DNA of 64,000 bases from Balanoglossus misakiensis (lineage: Eukaryota > Animalia > Hemichordata). Within the stretch, counting starts at the first letter, position 1. Each line of letters starts with the position of its first letter. The notes under the pieces are model-generated. The model searched no databases and was not told where the DNA came from. It saw only the letters and a list, made by a program, of their open reading frames with translations. The stretch covers positions 1 through 64,000 of the forward strand of contig JBECUI020000024.1 of NCBI GenBank assembly GCA_040954595.2. Direction: 5' to 3'. The position numbers were made by a program, and so were the translations under genes. This document shows positions 38,301-51,719 of the stretch, one piece after another.

Positions 38301-41300
38301 ATGACACAGACTGGCGTAAGTTATCAACGGTGATTGCGTCGGATTTCCTACGGCCTGGTTTAGCTGAAGCCCCGGCACTTCAGAGCGGAAACACGCGTAC
38401 ATTGACCACGATGATCAAGTCAGATCTCCTACGGCCTGGCTCGACTAAAACCCCGACACACCATGACAGACACAAGCGTTCGTTAGCAACGGTGATCAAG
38501 TCGGATTTCCTTCGGCCTGGCTCTGCAAAAGACCCGACACTCTAGTACAAAGACGTTATCTACGTCGGGCAAACCGAAGAGGGAAAGTCACAGCGGGTCA
38601 ACACTCGACATTTGTTCGGGTAGGACTGCATTATTGCCTGTCAATTTATAGAGAAAGCCCGAAGTTAACCAGGGCGTTTCAAACACCGACGTTAGTTGGG
38701 GGCACGGCCTGCAGTACTGCCGGGTAAGCTGACATCGGCGTAACGCATATAATGTAGGGGGGGGGGGAACAGAACGGTTCAATACTACATTTATTAGATA
38801 TCAGCTAATTTTGGACAATCATCTAAATCATTTTTTTCATATTTGGATATCTGATGATGTATGAAATTTCCATTATATATGTGAAAATGGTGCTGATTAT
38901 AAAAAATGCACTCTGATTTAATACAAAATTGCGTTTTATTCGTTTTTGCACCAAAAAGGTCATTTTTAGGCAAAACATTCTTTATTTTTTTAATTCGGTG
39001 ACCTGATCATATATAAACAATTGCTTGTATGTTAAAAGTTTTTATGACTTTTAAAAGCAGTGACACTGGCGGCATTCAACACGAAAATAACAATTTTAGC
39101 CACAATTTGGTCAAAATGGAAAAATTTTCAAAATTACAAAAAATACCTGTTTTCTACATTTTCGGAAATCTGATGGAGTATAGAATGCTCTTCGTATGTA
39201 TGTATATATCGATACAAATTCCACAAAAGACCGTCTAATTTGGCTCACTGCAGACAAAATTGCGTTTTACCAAATTTTCCTTGAAAATGTCATTTTTAGA
39301 AAAAAAAATAAAAAAACCTTTGTTCTTCGAATTTGGTGCCCTGATCATATATGACATGTTGATTGTATGTTAAAACTTTCGACCACTCCAAAAATGCAGA
39401 GATATTGACGGAATTCAAGAAAAAAATAGTCATTTTGGCCATATTTTGACAAAAATGGTAAATTTTTAAAAAATCATAAAAAATTAACTCTTTTCTTCAT
39501 TTTCGGAAATATTTTGGAGCACGAAGTGTCGTTCTCTTGTAAAAAGTGCTGCAAATTCCAGAAAAGGCGGTATAATTTGAATCACCCAAGACAAAATTAC
39601 CATTTTCGACTTTTTTCTAAAAATTGTCTTTTTTACATAATAAATAAGAATAAATTCTTTTCTTAGTTTCAAACGGGTAGAGATACTTTCCACACGGGTT
39701 TTCTAACATTGAATTCCCGTTCATCAACTCAGATTTCCTACAGCATAAGTCGGCTAAAACCCTGACACTATAGCAGAAACAGTTGCACACTGGTAACGTT
39801 GAATAAGTCGATTTTTCTACGGCCTGGCTCGGCTAAATCTCCGTCACAATATGACAGACACTAGCGTACGTTAGCAACGGTGATCAAGTCAGATTTTCTA
39901 CGGCATGGCTTGGATAAAGCCCCGGCACTCTAGAGCAGAAACACGCGTACAGAGACCACGTTGATCAAGTCTGATCTCCTACGGCTTGGCTCGACTAAAA
40001 CCCCGGCACACTATGACAGAAACTAGCGTGCGTTAGCAACGGTGATCAAGTCAGATTTTCTACGGCATGGCTTGGATAAAGCCCCGGCACTCTAGAGCAG
40101 AAACACGCGTACAGAGACCACGTTGATCTACTCACATTTCCTTCGGCCTGGCACGGCTGATGCCCCGGCACTATATATAGGACACAGACTGGCGTAAGTT
40201 AACAACGGTAATCACGTCCGACTCGGGTTTCCTACGGCCTGGCTCAGCTGAAGCCCCGGCACTCTAGAGCAGAAACATGCGTACATTGACCACGTTGATC
40301 AAGTCAGATTTCCTACGGCGTGACTCGGCTGGTGCACCGGCTCTATATGACACAGACTGGCGTAAGTTATCAACGGTGATTACGTCGGATTTCCTACGGC
40401 CTGGTTTAGCTGAAGCCCCGGCACTTTAGAGCGGAAACACGCGTACATTGACCACGATGATCAAGTCAGATCTCCTACGGCCTGGCTCGACTAAAACCCC
40501 GGCACACCATGACAGACACTAGCGTTCGTTAGCAACGGTGATCAAGTCGGATTTCTTTCGGCCTGGCTCTGCAAAAGACCCGACACTCTAGTACAAAGAC
40601 GATGGCTAAGTCGGGCAAACCGAAGAGGGAAAGTCACAGCGGGTCAACACTCGACATTTGTTCGGGTAGGACTGCATTATTGCCTGTCAATTTATAGAGA
40701 GAGCCCGAATTTAACCAGGGCGTTTCAAACACCGACGTTAGTTGGGGGCACGACCTTCAGTACTGCCGGGTAAGCTGACATCGGCGTACCGCATATAATG
40801 TAGGGGGGGGGGGGGACAGAACGGTTCAATACTACATTTATTAGATATCAGCTAATTTTGGACAATCATCTAAAATCTAAATCATTTTTTCATATTTGGA
40901 TATCTGATGATGTATGAAATTTCCATTATATGTAAAAATTGTGCTGATTATAAAAAATGCACTCTGAATGAGCTGATTTAATACAAAATTGCGTTTAATT
41001 CGTTTTTGCACCAAAAAGGTCATTTTTAGGGAAAACATTCTTTATTTTTTTAATTCGGTGACCTGATCATATATAAACAATTGCTTGTATGTTAAAAGTT
41101 TTTATGACTTTTAAAAGCAGTGACACTGGCGGCATTCAACACGAAAATAACAATTTTAGCCACAATTTGGTCAAAATGGTAAATTTTTGAAAATTACAAA
41201 AAATACCTGTTTTCTACATTTTCGGAAATCTGATGGAGTATAGAATGCTCTTCGTATATATATATCGATACAAATTCCACAAAAAAACGGCCAATTTGGC

Positions 41301-42370
41301 TCACTGCAGACAAAATTGCGTTTTACCAAATTTTTCTTGAAAATGTCATTTTTAGAAAAAAATAAAAAACCTTTGTTCTTCGAATTTGGTGCCCTGATCA
41401 TATATGACATGTTGATTGTATGTTAAAACTTTCGACCTCTCCAAAAATGCAGAGATATTGACGGAATTCAAGAAAAAATAGCCATTTTGGCCATATTTTG
41501 AAAAAAATGGTAAATTTTTAAAAAAATAAAAAATTAACTCTTTTCTTCATTTTCGGAAATATTATGGAGCATGAAGTGTCGTTCTCTTGTAAAAAGTGCT
41601 GCAAATTCCAGAAAAGGCGGTATAATTTGAATCACCCAAGACAAAATTACCATTTTCGACTTTTTTTCGAAAAATTGTCTTTTTTACAAAATAAATAAGA
41701 ATAAATTCTTTTCTTAGTTTCAAACGGGTAGAGATACTTTCCACACGGGTTTTCTAACATTGAATTCCCGTTCATCAACTCACATTTCCTACAGCATAAG
41801 TCGGCTAAAACCCAGTTACTCTAGAGCAGAAACAGTTGCACACTGGTAACGTTGAACAAGTCGATTTTTCTACGGCCTGGCTCGGCTAAATCTCCGTCAC
41901 AATATGACAGACACTAGCGTACGTTAGCAACGGTGATCAAGTCAGATTTCCTACGGCCTGGTTTAGCTGAAGCCCCGGCACTTTAGAGCGGAAACACGCG
42001 TACATTGACCACGATGATCAAGTCAGATTTCCTACGGCCTGGCTCGACTAAAACCCCGGAACACCATGACAGACACTAGCGTTCGTTAGCAACGTTGATC
42101 AAGTCAGATTTCCTACGGCATGGCTTGGCTAAAGCCCTGGCACTCTAGAGCAGAAACACGCGTACAGAGACCACGTTGATCTATTCACATTTCCTTCGGC
42201 CTGGCACGGCTGATGCCCCGGCACTATATATAGGACACAGACTGGCGTAAGTTAACAACGGTAATCACGTCGGGTTTCCTACGGCCTGGCTCAGCTGAAG
42301 CCCCGGCACTCTAGAGCAGAAACAGGCGTACATTGACCACGTTGATCAAGTCAGATTTCCTACGGCGTGA
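29307..42370. repeat. ~2.05-kb composite macrosatellite, left block (~7 units)
   Basis: Core GACGTTGGCTAAGTCGGGCAAACC at ~29385, 31282, 33332, 35383, 37271, 38552, 40598. Unit = up to ~10-11 GC-rich ~80-bp subrepeats (GATCAAGTC.GATTTCCTACGGC) + ~250-bp core ending in poly-G + AT-rich ~167-bp subrepeats. Confidence 0.97.
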
Positions 42371-42408
42371 TTTAAATTACGAATTCCAGATATGCTATTA
42401 CTAATTAA

Positions 42409-43359
42409 TTATGGTGTAATACGTGTACTACTTTCCTCAAGCAAGCACAGTTTGCGAACATCTCTACGCAATCTTCCTGTTTCAGTCTTCACTAGGACCT
42501 GGCGCACATTGCCGTACTGATCTGGGTAAGTTTGCTGAACTAGTCCTTTTGACCACTGTCCTCTTGGGATATTTTCCTCTACCACGATAACCAAATCTCC
42601 AACAGTCAGATTTCTCTTGGGCTTCAACCACTTCTGTCTCTGCTGAAGGGAAGTCAGGTATTCGTGTAGCCATCGTTTCCAAAACGAGTTCGCTATGAGA
42701 TTAGCTTGGTTCCTTCTGTGATTAGCTGTACTGGTCGTGACAGTGTCTGCAGGAGATGTGCATGGATTCGGCCTCAGTAGTAACAGGCTATTAGGCGTCA
42801 GTGCTTCAAGGTCATTCGGGTCATCTGATTGACGGGTGAAAGGTCGATCATTGATAATCTTCTCCACCTCCGCCAAGACAGTAAGTAAAGTTTCGTCGTC
42901 AATTAGTTGGTTTCCAACCTGTGCTCGTAGGATTTTCCGCACTGAACGTATCATCCTTTCCCAAACTCCTCCAGTATGACTGGCTGCGGGTGCATTGAAA
43001 TACCATTGGATATCCCTCTTGCGTAGACTATCAGTTATCTTCTCTTGATTCCAACTCGCTAGAGCTTCTTTGATTTCAGTTTCCGCTCCCCGGAAATTTG
43101 TTCCGTTGTCACTGTATACCGTTTTTGGTGGACCACGTCTGCTGACAAATCTCCATACTGCCTGAATAAATGAATCTGTGGATAAACTGTGGGTGACTTC
43201 AATATGCACAGCTCGTATGGCGAGACAGGTGAATATACATCCGTATCGTTTGGACGTTCCTCTTCTCCACTTGACTTTCAGAGGACCAAAGAAGTCGATT
43301 CCCACTGCAGGAAATGCACTCTCACCTGGAGTAACTCTTGGGGTTGGAAGTGGCGCCAT
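42409..43359 (-). pseudogene. BEL/Pao integrase catalytic core and C-terminal domain
   Basis: GIDFFGP...KRYGCIFTC...RAVHIE...YSDNGTNF...GGVWERMIRSVR...FWKRWLHEYL...QQRQKW, typical of BEL integrases. Confidence 0.95.
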
Positions 43360-43360
43360 T

Positions 43361-43949
43361 AGAGAGGTTTAGTTACACGTAAATACGCGTACGTCTGACG
43401 GCAGGCAGTGGCGTTCGCGTATGCGTAGCGACGCGTGAATTTTGCGGTTTAGTTGTCCGTTTTGAATAACAACAACAGTTAAAAACAATAGAAAACTCAA
43501 ATATTTTTCACTTCAATAAATTTTGTGTGATGAATATTCTCTAAGATCACCACCCTTGCAATAAGTTTCTTGACTGCAGTGGAAAGATAGTTTAGTGAAG
43601 TTTTTCGATGTCTTTGTCGAGGCGTCCACTGAAAACGTAGTTTGGTAATACATTTTTGTGTTTATGTTTTGAAAACAACAAATAGCGCCGGTTTTAGCAC
43701 ATATGGCAGATTTTTTTAGATAACATGGATGCTGGCTACATCACAATTGCACTGCAGAGATCAATCGCTCAAATTAAAGAGAGAATATCGAGAAATTCCG
43801 AAAAAATGTTACACGTAATCATGATTACGCGTAGAAGCGTCGCTTGCCGTTCCGAACGTCTGTTCTACGCGTACGCGACCTCTGCTTGTCACGTGACAAT
43901 GACGCTACGCGTACTGATCGAACGTATTTACGTGTAACTAAACCTCTCT
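43361..43949. mobile_element. 589-bp MITE inserted in the integrase (PHIS/Harbinger-group like)
   Basis: 27-bp perfect TIR AGAGAGGTTTAGTTACACGTAAATACG; flanks ATT/TTT (3-bp TSD with one mismatch). Removal restores ...PGTQI-MAPLP. Confidence 0.85.
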
Positions 43950-43952
43950 TTT

Positions 43953-44211
43953 ATTTGCGTTCCAGGTCTTGCATTCCATCTCCTGCACACTACACATTTC
44001 CGCAGAATTCTTCTGACAGTAGCTTGGCCTCTCAAAATCCAATATTCTTTTCGGATTCTGGATAACACATGGGTGGTTCCTACGTGACCTTCCTGCTCAT
44101 GGAAAAACTGAACAATTAATTCGGTCACTTGATGATTATGGGGTAGAATAATAGGATGTTTTGTGGTTTCATCTATGGGGGAGTTGTTTAGTCTTCCACC
44201 AACGTGTATAA
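43953..44211 (-). pseudogene. BEL integrase HHCC zinc-binding segment between two insertions
   Basis: IHVGGRLNNSPIDETTKHPIILP...FFHEQEGHVG...EYWILRG...CVVCRR, in frame with the flanking pol once the insertions are removed. Confidence 0.92.
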
Positions 44212-46063
44212 GGCCAAAGTAAGTAAATTCTTTGTTTTGCGTCCACTCAAAATTCTAAAAGGTACGAGGGTAAGCGGTCAAAAAACACACACAAAAAAAA
44301 TAACACAAAATTAGTTTGCCTTTATTTCAGAGTTTTTCTCGTGCAATATGCACATTTATGTAGTAGTGTGACACACTACTACAATATGATCAAAATACAA
44401 TGTCATTTGTAGCCTTTAATCTGTCATTTGCTTTTCTTTTACGAGTTTTAGATTTCTTATTTGTGTGCTGAATGTGGCCACTGTCTCTACAAGTTCTGCA
44501 GACTGTTCCCTCATATCCGGTGTAATAGGGATGAGATGATTCCTGACCCACAAACATATCAAACATCAGGACTATTCAATCTGGCACTGTAGTAATGTGG
44601 AGAAACTTCCATCTGCCAAGTTTGGTTGATCACGATGAAACATTTCTGTGAAGAAATGTTTTTGAAAATTCTGTAAACAAAATACGAAAACATGCTTGAG
44701 TATAGTGATAACATCTCACTACGAAGTATGATGCATATGCAAACCCATGAGATGATAATTTTCAATCTTAAAATATGACTGTATTGCAATAAACACAAAT
44801 GTTCTACATTCACTGAACTTCACAGTCCCACCACCTATTTTTACTGATCTACCACCATAGAATTTTCTTTTGCTTACCCACCCCCCTTTCTCTAGTACCA
44901 TTTCACTGACAGAACGATTTGTAATGTTCACCATCATCTATTGGACCTAGATCTAAAAATCACAAATGAAATGAATTTTAAATATCAAATATTTGAAAAT
45001 AAAATGTGACAAATATAACTGTTTCACACTTTATGAATATATTTAAAAACTGTCCAGGAAAACATCTAACAAAATCAAAAAAACATGTGACTGGATTTAA
45101 AAGACAGAAATCAAACCACAGGGGGCTCTCCCTCCGCGATTTTGTTTGTTTGTTTGTTTGTTGTTGTTATTGATTGGCATAATAAATAAATATGGTCACG
45201 TTTGTCTGTTGACATGTTAGGTATAATATTCAACGGTCAGGGTTAGGGTCACGGTGTATTCAAAGGTCAGGTTGGAGTGCCATGGATAAAAAAAATGCCA
45301 ACACTTACTCTAACCGTTGAATACATGTACACCATAACCCTGACCGTTGAATACTAGTATACCTTACATGTCAACAAACAAACGTGACCATATTTATTTA
45401 TTATGCCAATCAATAACAACAAACAAAATCGCGGAGGGAGAGCCCCCTGTGATCAAACAGCAACAAAGATTATTGTGTTCTGGCTTGACTATAAAAGTTT
45501 TCTCTACTAAGATAAATTAGTTACCTGGGTATGGGGCCGCACAAAAGGTGAAAAACATCCTTTGGTAGACGAGGTGGTGACGATCGGCGACTGAAACACT
45601 GTCTGGCCGGCTTTATGGTACATTCACCATGGCTTCCAGTAGCCGTGCAAAGTTTTGCGCGTCGGTCACTTCCATCCTGAACTAGTCAAGGATAGTTTTA
45701 TCTTTTTCCGTAACCTTTAGGACGACTTATTCGTTGGCTTCATTCATGTTAAATCACGGGGATCCCTGGCTTTCCCAGCAGACAGAGGAGATGCGCGGCG
45801 ACAGGACGCGTGCAGCCAGCAGCGTGTGTTGACAGACTTCAACTACGAGCATGCGCAGTTGCTGTAGGGCGTACCGTTTTACGTCACACCATGATTAGAA
45901 TAGGACTGCCGTAAAGTGGCATTTGTCGAAATGTCATTTTTTTCGACAAAATACCGCCGTGGATTGGAAATTTATGCAAATGAGTTTTGTGTTATTTTTC
46001 TCAAAAAAGCCCGAAAACCTACGCGCGCGCGGACGCAAAACAAAGAATTTACTTACTTTGGCC
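44212..46063. mobile_element. 1.85-kb non-autonomous PIF/Harbinger element
   Basis: 33-bp perfect TIR GGCCAAAGTAAGTAAATTCTTTGTTTTGCGTCC; TAA TSD (44209-44211, 46064-46066). Removal restores YKDGI-IHVGGRL. Confidence 0.92.
45117..45451. mobile_element. 335-bp fold-back MITE with 7-bp TSD (P-superfamily-like)
   Basis: ATCAAAC|CACAGGGGGCTCTCCCTCCGCGATTTTGTTTG ... CAAACAAAATCGCGGAGGGAGAGCCCCCTGTG|ATCAAAC; ~100-bp arms. Confidence 0.88.
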
Positions 46064-48041
46064 TAATGCCATCTTTGTAGATTGGACTGAGTCTGCAAAG
46101 TGGACTGGTATATCCTTCAGAATCTGGTTTTCTGCTTGGATTCTTCAACTGTGTTGATATTTCCTTAGGAAACGCTTTCCGTTGAACGACTCTAATGACT
46201 TCTAAGGTAGCATCGGACACTTCTGACACCGTTAGAGCACCAACCGGAACTTTACCATTTCCGCCATTCTCAATGCGAGCTCGGAGATACTTCTTGTATC
46301 GTAAAATCCAAGCGACAGATTTGCAAAGTTTGTACCATGACGAAAATCTGTGAATTAACGAATGGATGATATCAGTGTCATCTGTCTGGTTGCTGTTTAC
46401 CACTGCGCATACCTTTGCCATTTTCAATTCGTTGTCCTCATCCGATATTCTTGGTAAGTCGGTAGGTTGGGTTGGCCAGTTTCCTTCAGATTTCCAGAGA
46501 AATTCTGGACCTTCGAACCACAGTTTGGACTTCGCTTTGGCGGCATTCAAGGTAATACCTCGGGAGGCACAATCAGCTGGATTGAGTTGTGAAGGAACAT
46601 GATGCCATTGTGACGGTAGTGTTGCATCGTGTATTAGTTGTAGGCGGTTGGCTACAAAGGTCTTGAAGCGTCTTGTTGAGCTGCAGATATATTGTATAAC
46701 AATGGTAGAGTCTGTCCAGAATCGCTCTCGATGGATAGGAAATTGAAGTTCTTCTTTTATCTGTTTGCTGACTTTAACGGCCACTGTTGCTGCTGTCAAT
46801 TCCAATCTTGGTACTGTAATGGTCTTCAGTGGAGCAACTCTAGATTTGCCAGTCACGAGGCTGCAGTGAAAATTACCACCTTTGTCAATAAACCGTAGGT
46901 AGGAAACAACCCCATATCCTTCCGTTGAAGCATCGCAGAAATGATGAATTTCTATAGATTGTGGCTGGCCAAAACCTGGAGGTGTGTAACACCGTGGAAT
47001 TACCATGGCTTTTAACATCGGTAACTTCTGTAACCATTCAGGCCAAACAACTAGATATTTCACTGGTATGGCTTCATCCCATCCACATCCTTCTTTGCAT
47101 AATTCTTGTAATATGCGCTTAGCCGGCAATACAAATGGTGCAACAAATCCTAGTGGGTCGTACACAGATACTACAACTGAGAGAATCCCTCTTCGAGTTT
47201 CACTTTTACTTTCCTTGCCAACTCTGAAGCTCATAGTATCTTCTTGAATGTCCCATTGTACACCAAGAGCTCTGTCAACTGGTAAGTCTTCCAGGTCTAA
47301 ATTCATCACATATGGCGCCCTTTCTTCTGACGGGATGGAGGACAATACTTCTGTGCAATTAGAAATCCATTTGGTCAGATGAAATCCACCATTAGACAAA
47401 AGGGCTGAAACTTCAGTGATGAGTCTCTTGGCTGTGTCCACGGCAAGTACTGATTTTAAGAAATCATCCACGTAGAAATTTCTGTAGACAGCATCTATGA
47501 TGTCCGAGTCGAAGTTACTTCTATTGTCATCAGCTGTTCTCCGGAGGGCGTATGCTGAACAACTAGGTGATGATGTCGCGCCAAACAAATGAACAAGCAT
47601 TTGATGATCGACGGGCTCCTTTGTGAGGTCACCGTTAGGCCACCATAGGAATCGCAGGACATCACAATCTTCGGGGTCGACATGAACTTGGTGAAACATT
47701 TGCTTGATATCAGCAACCACTGCAACAGGATACTGACGGAACCGTAGCAAGACTCCAACCAAGGAATTGGTCAAATCCGGACCCTGCAGGAGTTGATCGT
47801 TCAGTGAAGTTCCTCCACATTTGGCAGCACAATCGAAGACGACTCTCACCTTTTCTGGTTTCATGGGATGCGTCACCGGATGATGAGGTAGGTACCATAA
47901 CCGTCTATCGTCTTCTTTGTTTTCATCAGATACTTCTTTTGCATGACCTTGTACAATATAGTCTTGTATAGTTGTACTGTACTTTTCATGGAGATCTGGA
48001 TCTTTAAGTAGACGTCTTTTGAGTAGGTTGATGACATGCAT
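46064..48041 (-). pseudogene. BEL/Pao reverse transcriptase + RNase H
   Basis: [51 protein letters not shown]; YDPLG; [33 protein letters not shown]. Confidence 0.97.
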
Positions 48042-49153
48042 TCTTTAGTATCCACTAGATTTTCGTTGAAGTCGGCATTGTACATCCCTTCCAATTGTGA
48101 TGAAATGGACTCCATACCTTTGATAGAAGTATCACTGTCGATGATCTGGTCCATATTGATAAAGTTGATTGATGAGTTGGTTTCTTTCTTTCCTTTCATC
48201 GGCCCAATCAACGTCCATCCAAGTAATGTTCGGATTGCGTATGGTTGTTTTCTCCCGGCACGTCTTTCCTCCAGGACCCAGTGTGCTTCTGGAATGTCGT
48301 TACCGATCAGGATTGTGACTTCCTTGTTCTGCAATTCTGGTAATTCAACATCCTTCAGATGAGACCATTCCTTCGTATCCTCTGCTGTTGGTATACTGTT
48401 TGCCGTTATGGGAAGTTTGTCCGTCGTCCATACCTTATCAAGATGAACACTTTGATTTCTATGTAGACCTCGTACATCTAATTTAACTTCACGTCCATAC
48501 TTCTTCGTTTCAGCATCAAGTGTGGAAAGTGTATATGTAATGGGTTGTCCACCCAAACCAAGTCTGTCTGCTAGAGATGAGAGACATATTGTTGTGTCTG
48601 AACCATTGTCCAGGAATGCATAAGTTTCAATCTCTGCTCCTCCCTCCACTCCACTTACTCGGACTGGTACAACTTGTAGGCTGATACGTGGCTTGTTTGT
48701 CCTGGTTGCTTTACAATGAACGGTGTTACCGGCCCCATTGGTTACTTCAGAATTCCCGTCACTTTTCTCGTCTTTATTCTTCCCAAGACGTGTTGTGGGT
48801 GGAGCTGGTCTACCACTTCCACTGGGATACACTTCATTTGACGACTGGCTAGGATGTGACGATACTGGGTGTAGTAATGGGTGGTGAAGTCTTCCACAGT
48901 CAGTTACTGGACAAAACAATCCACTTTTGCAGTTTTTAGCGAAGTGTCAAGGGGTTGCTTCCAGACAACAATCACAGAGGTTCTGTTTTCGCACAAACGT
49001 TTTCTTCTCCATGAACGACTTCCTGGCAAACTTCCGGCATCTCTGCAGTTGGTGTTGTCCTTGGCAGAAAAGACATCTAATTTCTCTCTTGGATTGGCAG
49101 TAGGGTTTGTCTTGCGTCTTGCCGTACATTTCATGACCCACTTGAGTGGTCAA
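47873..49153 (-). pseudogene. BEL/Pao Zn-knuckle region and aspartic protease (frameshifted)
   Basis: CLFCQGQHQLQRC, CDCCL, CPVTDCGRLHHPLLH; protease YAFLDNGSD...ILIGND...TLLGW; split over 2-3 frames. Confidence 0.92.
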
Positions 49154-49186
49154 AGTAGTAGCCTTGGTGAATTGTTTGACCCTGGA

Positions 49187-50995
49187 CTATACGTCTCTCT
49201 CTGGTTCTGGTTTTGATCCAACCAACATCCCGAATCTTGTATTGGCCAAGGCTGCTCGCTTCTCCAAAAACGCTGTCAGATGGATGAATTCTGGTTCAAT
49301 ACCGGAGTAAATCATTCTTCCAGCTTCTTTTGCCCAATCTGCTTGTAGAAATGTAGGTAGGCGTCTCACTATCTTCTCCAATGTATCCATGGAGTTCAGA
49401 TCAGCGGTGTATTTCATTTGGCTGGAACACATATGACAATTATTCATGTCACGTGCCAACTGTAGCAACTTTGATGTGTCCGTGGCCTTGATCTGTGGTC
49501 CCTTGACGACTTTGTCTATGGTGGCATGGACGATCGTGTGTTTCTGGCCGAAATTCTGGTATAATATTTTCCTTGCTTCAGTGTAACCTTGTTCTGGAGG
49601 TAGAATCACACAGTTCTTGATTGCTTCTTTGGCTGGTCCAGTGCAGTATTGGATGAGATAAGCCAATCTAGTGCCATCATCGGTTGTTCCGTTTACAATG
49701 TTTATCTCAAAATTTCTGATGAACGTGGGGTACACTACTGGGTCACCATTAAACGATAGGAATTCCCGCTTCGGCAAATTCAAACTAGTTACAAGTGCTT
49801 GCGTGGCTTCACTCTGTTGTCTTATCATACTCTGTAGGATTTCGTGTTGCCCATCCCGCAATGGACTTGGTTCATTTCTATAAAGTTGTTCCCCAATATT
49901 GTGGTCCACGGGCTGCCATTCTGGTGCATTCGGATTTAATGCTGCCACATTGCCCTCCAACTGTTTCACATTTTCGGACAGCGGTCTGTCTTTAAGCAAA
50001 GTTGTTGTTGTGTTGAACCGGGAAACTTCTACTGGGGGACCACTCGACAATACATGGGGGTGATAATCTTGAAAAGACTGGAAATACCTGTCAATCTTCT
50101 CACTTGGACTGGTCATCCTTGCTTCACTTGTATCAACAAAATATTCTTTGGAATGAAACGAAGTTCCCTCTTCTGCTAATTCAGCCTCCATTTCAGCCTG
50201 TTTTAACTTCTGTTGAACGTCTAGAATCTTCAATGTTGACTGCATCTTTATTTCTTCTTCTCGAAGTCGCAGATCACGAAGCTTGGCTTTGGCTTCTTCT
50301 TCTTGCTGTATCTTTTCAAGTTCAAGCTGGGTTTCCAATATCTTCCTTCTTGCAATTCTTGAAGCTCGACTTGCCTTTGAACTCGATAAAGAACATATAT
50401 TACTTGTCTGCCGGTTACCATTTCCATAAGACGTTTGACTATGTGATTTCTTTTTTACAGATTTTACCTGGTCCTTGGTAGAGTGACGTGAATTTTTGGA
50501 AGCCGCTGAACCGTTGACATCATCCTCTTGTGAAGCTGGTGGCACTTCTGGCTCCAACCCACGTGACGGAGTTGTTATCGTGATTCGATGAGACGAAATC
50601 CAGTTCTTCAGGCGTTGTTCCAGACACTCTTTTCTGTTAACTTCAGATTCGTGTTCAAGTCGTACACTTTCTTGTTCGGACCTTGAAAGATGTTTCTGAT
50701 ATTCATAACAAGTATTTGTATATGAAGTAAAAATCCTATCCAAGTCTTCTTTCTTTTTGGTAACTGCTTGGTAGTCAGGCGACGACATTAACATGGTCTC
50801 TACATCCATGTAAATACGTGTCATATGGCCGCGGTAAGCGATAATTGAACTCCTTAATTTGAGAACTAAATCAATCGGCTTACCGGCTTTTTCTTCTCTT
50901 GTTGAGCTAGCTGTTTTTGATGAACTGCTACTCTTGACGGAGACAGGGCCTGGTGCTGCTGGAACGTGGAACACCTCGTCGTTTCCAGTTGCCAT
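49187..50995 (-). pseudogene. BEL/Pao gag (coiled-coil + DUF1759-like), 602 aa
   Basis: LPKREFLSFNGDPVVYPTF...RLAYLIQYCTGPAKEAI...YTEARKILYQNFG...IVRRLP, a BEL gag signature; frameshift before the knuckles. Confidence 0.93.
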
Positions 50996-51147
50996 GACTT
51001 TCTAATGTATCTGCTAGTACACGGTTACACCAGGTTTCAGTCCAACGTCATCTGAGAACTATGTAGGATCCAATTCCTACTTGCATGGGCCCCTGGAGTA
51101 CACACTCTGGACACTCGTGTTGTATAAAAATTCTCCTTTTATTTTAC

Positions 51148-51719
51148 TGTCTACGAGGAGCAAACTGTTCGGTGCATACAAAATAGACCGTGCACGACGT
51201 AATAACACGGTTCTAATACTGGTATAACACTGGTATAACACGGGTACAACACGGTTCTGTATAAACAAATACATAGACGAAATAAATTCAAGTAAGTATT
51301 CAAAGGTAAATGTAAAATGCCGATACAGAAGTTCAAACTCAATTACAAAGCAAATTCCAAAAATACAGCGTTTACAGGTAAGTAAATTCAAATCAATTCT
51401 ACTCAATCGCTCAAAATTAATGGTTTATAAATGAAGTAGTCTGCGTCCTGGATAGCCGCTGCTTCTGTTGAAAGACCGCTCTGTATCGCTAAATAAAACA
51501 GGTAAGTCTTACCGCAGATGGTGACGCTTTTAGGGGTTCAAAAAGCATGCAGTGCAGTGCTCACAAACATGTAGCCTAGAAGGCCTGACGATGAAATGAA
51601 AACTTGCACACTGGCGAGGTGCCAATTTATAGTGAAAAGGAAATTTGCATATTGGATAACCACTATGTGCATGTGCACCTGCACACACAGCCATCCAATC
51701 AGGGAGGACTGCACTTACA
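51148..51719 (-). repeat. Putative 5' LTR of BEL element 1
   Basis: Begins TGTAAG at the satellite junction. The 3' boundary is guessed at ...GACA|GTAAAA; there is no second LTR to confirm it. Confidence 0.5.

Larger units (their letters stand above)
42371..51719 (-). mobile_element. BEL/Pao LTR retrotransposon 1 (degenerate, 3' LTR missing, three nested insertions)
   Basis: Domain order gag(DUF1759-like)-Zn knuckles-protease-RT-RNase H-integrase on the minus strand; 5' end TGTAAG at 51719; satellite resumes on both sides. Confidence 0.97.

Noticed and set aside
38240-38545. 101-aa repetitive ORF (IKSDFLRPG)
   Set aside because: Open in one unit only; equivalent positions in other units contain TAG stops.
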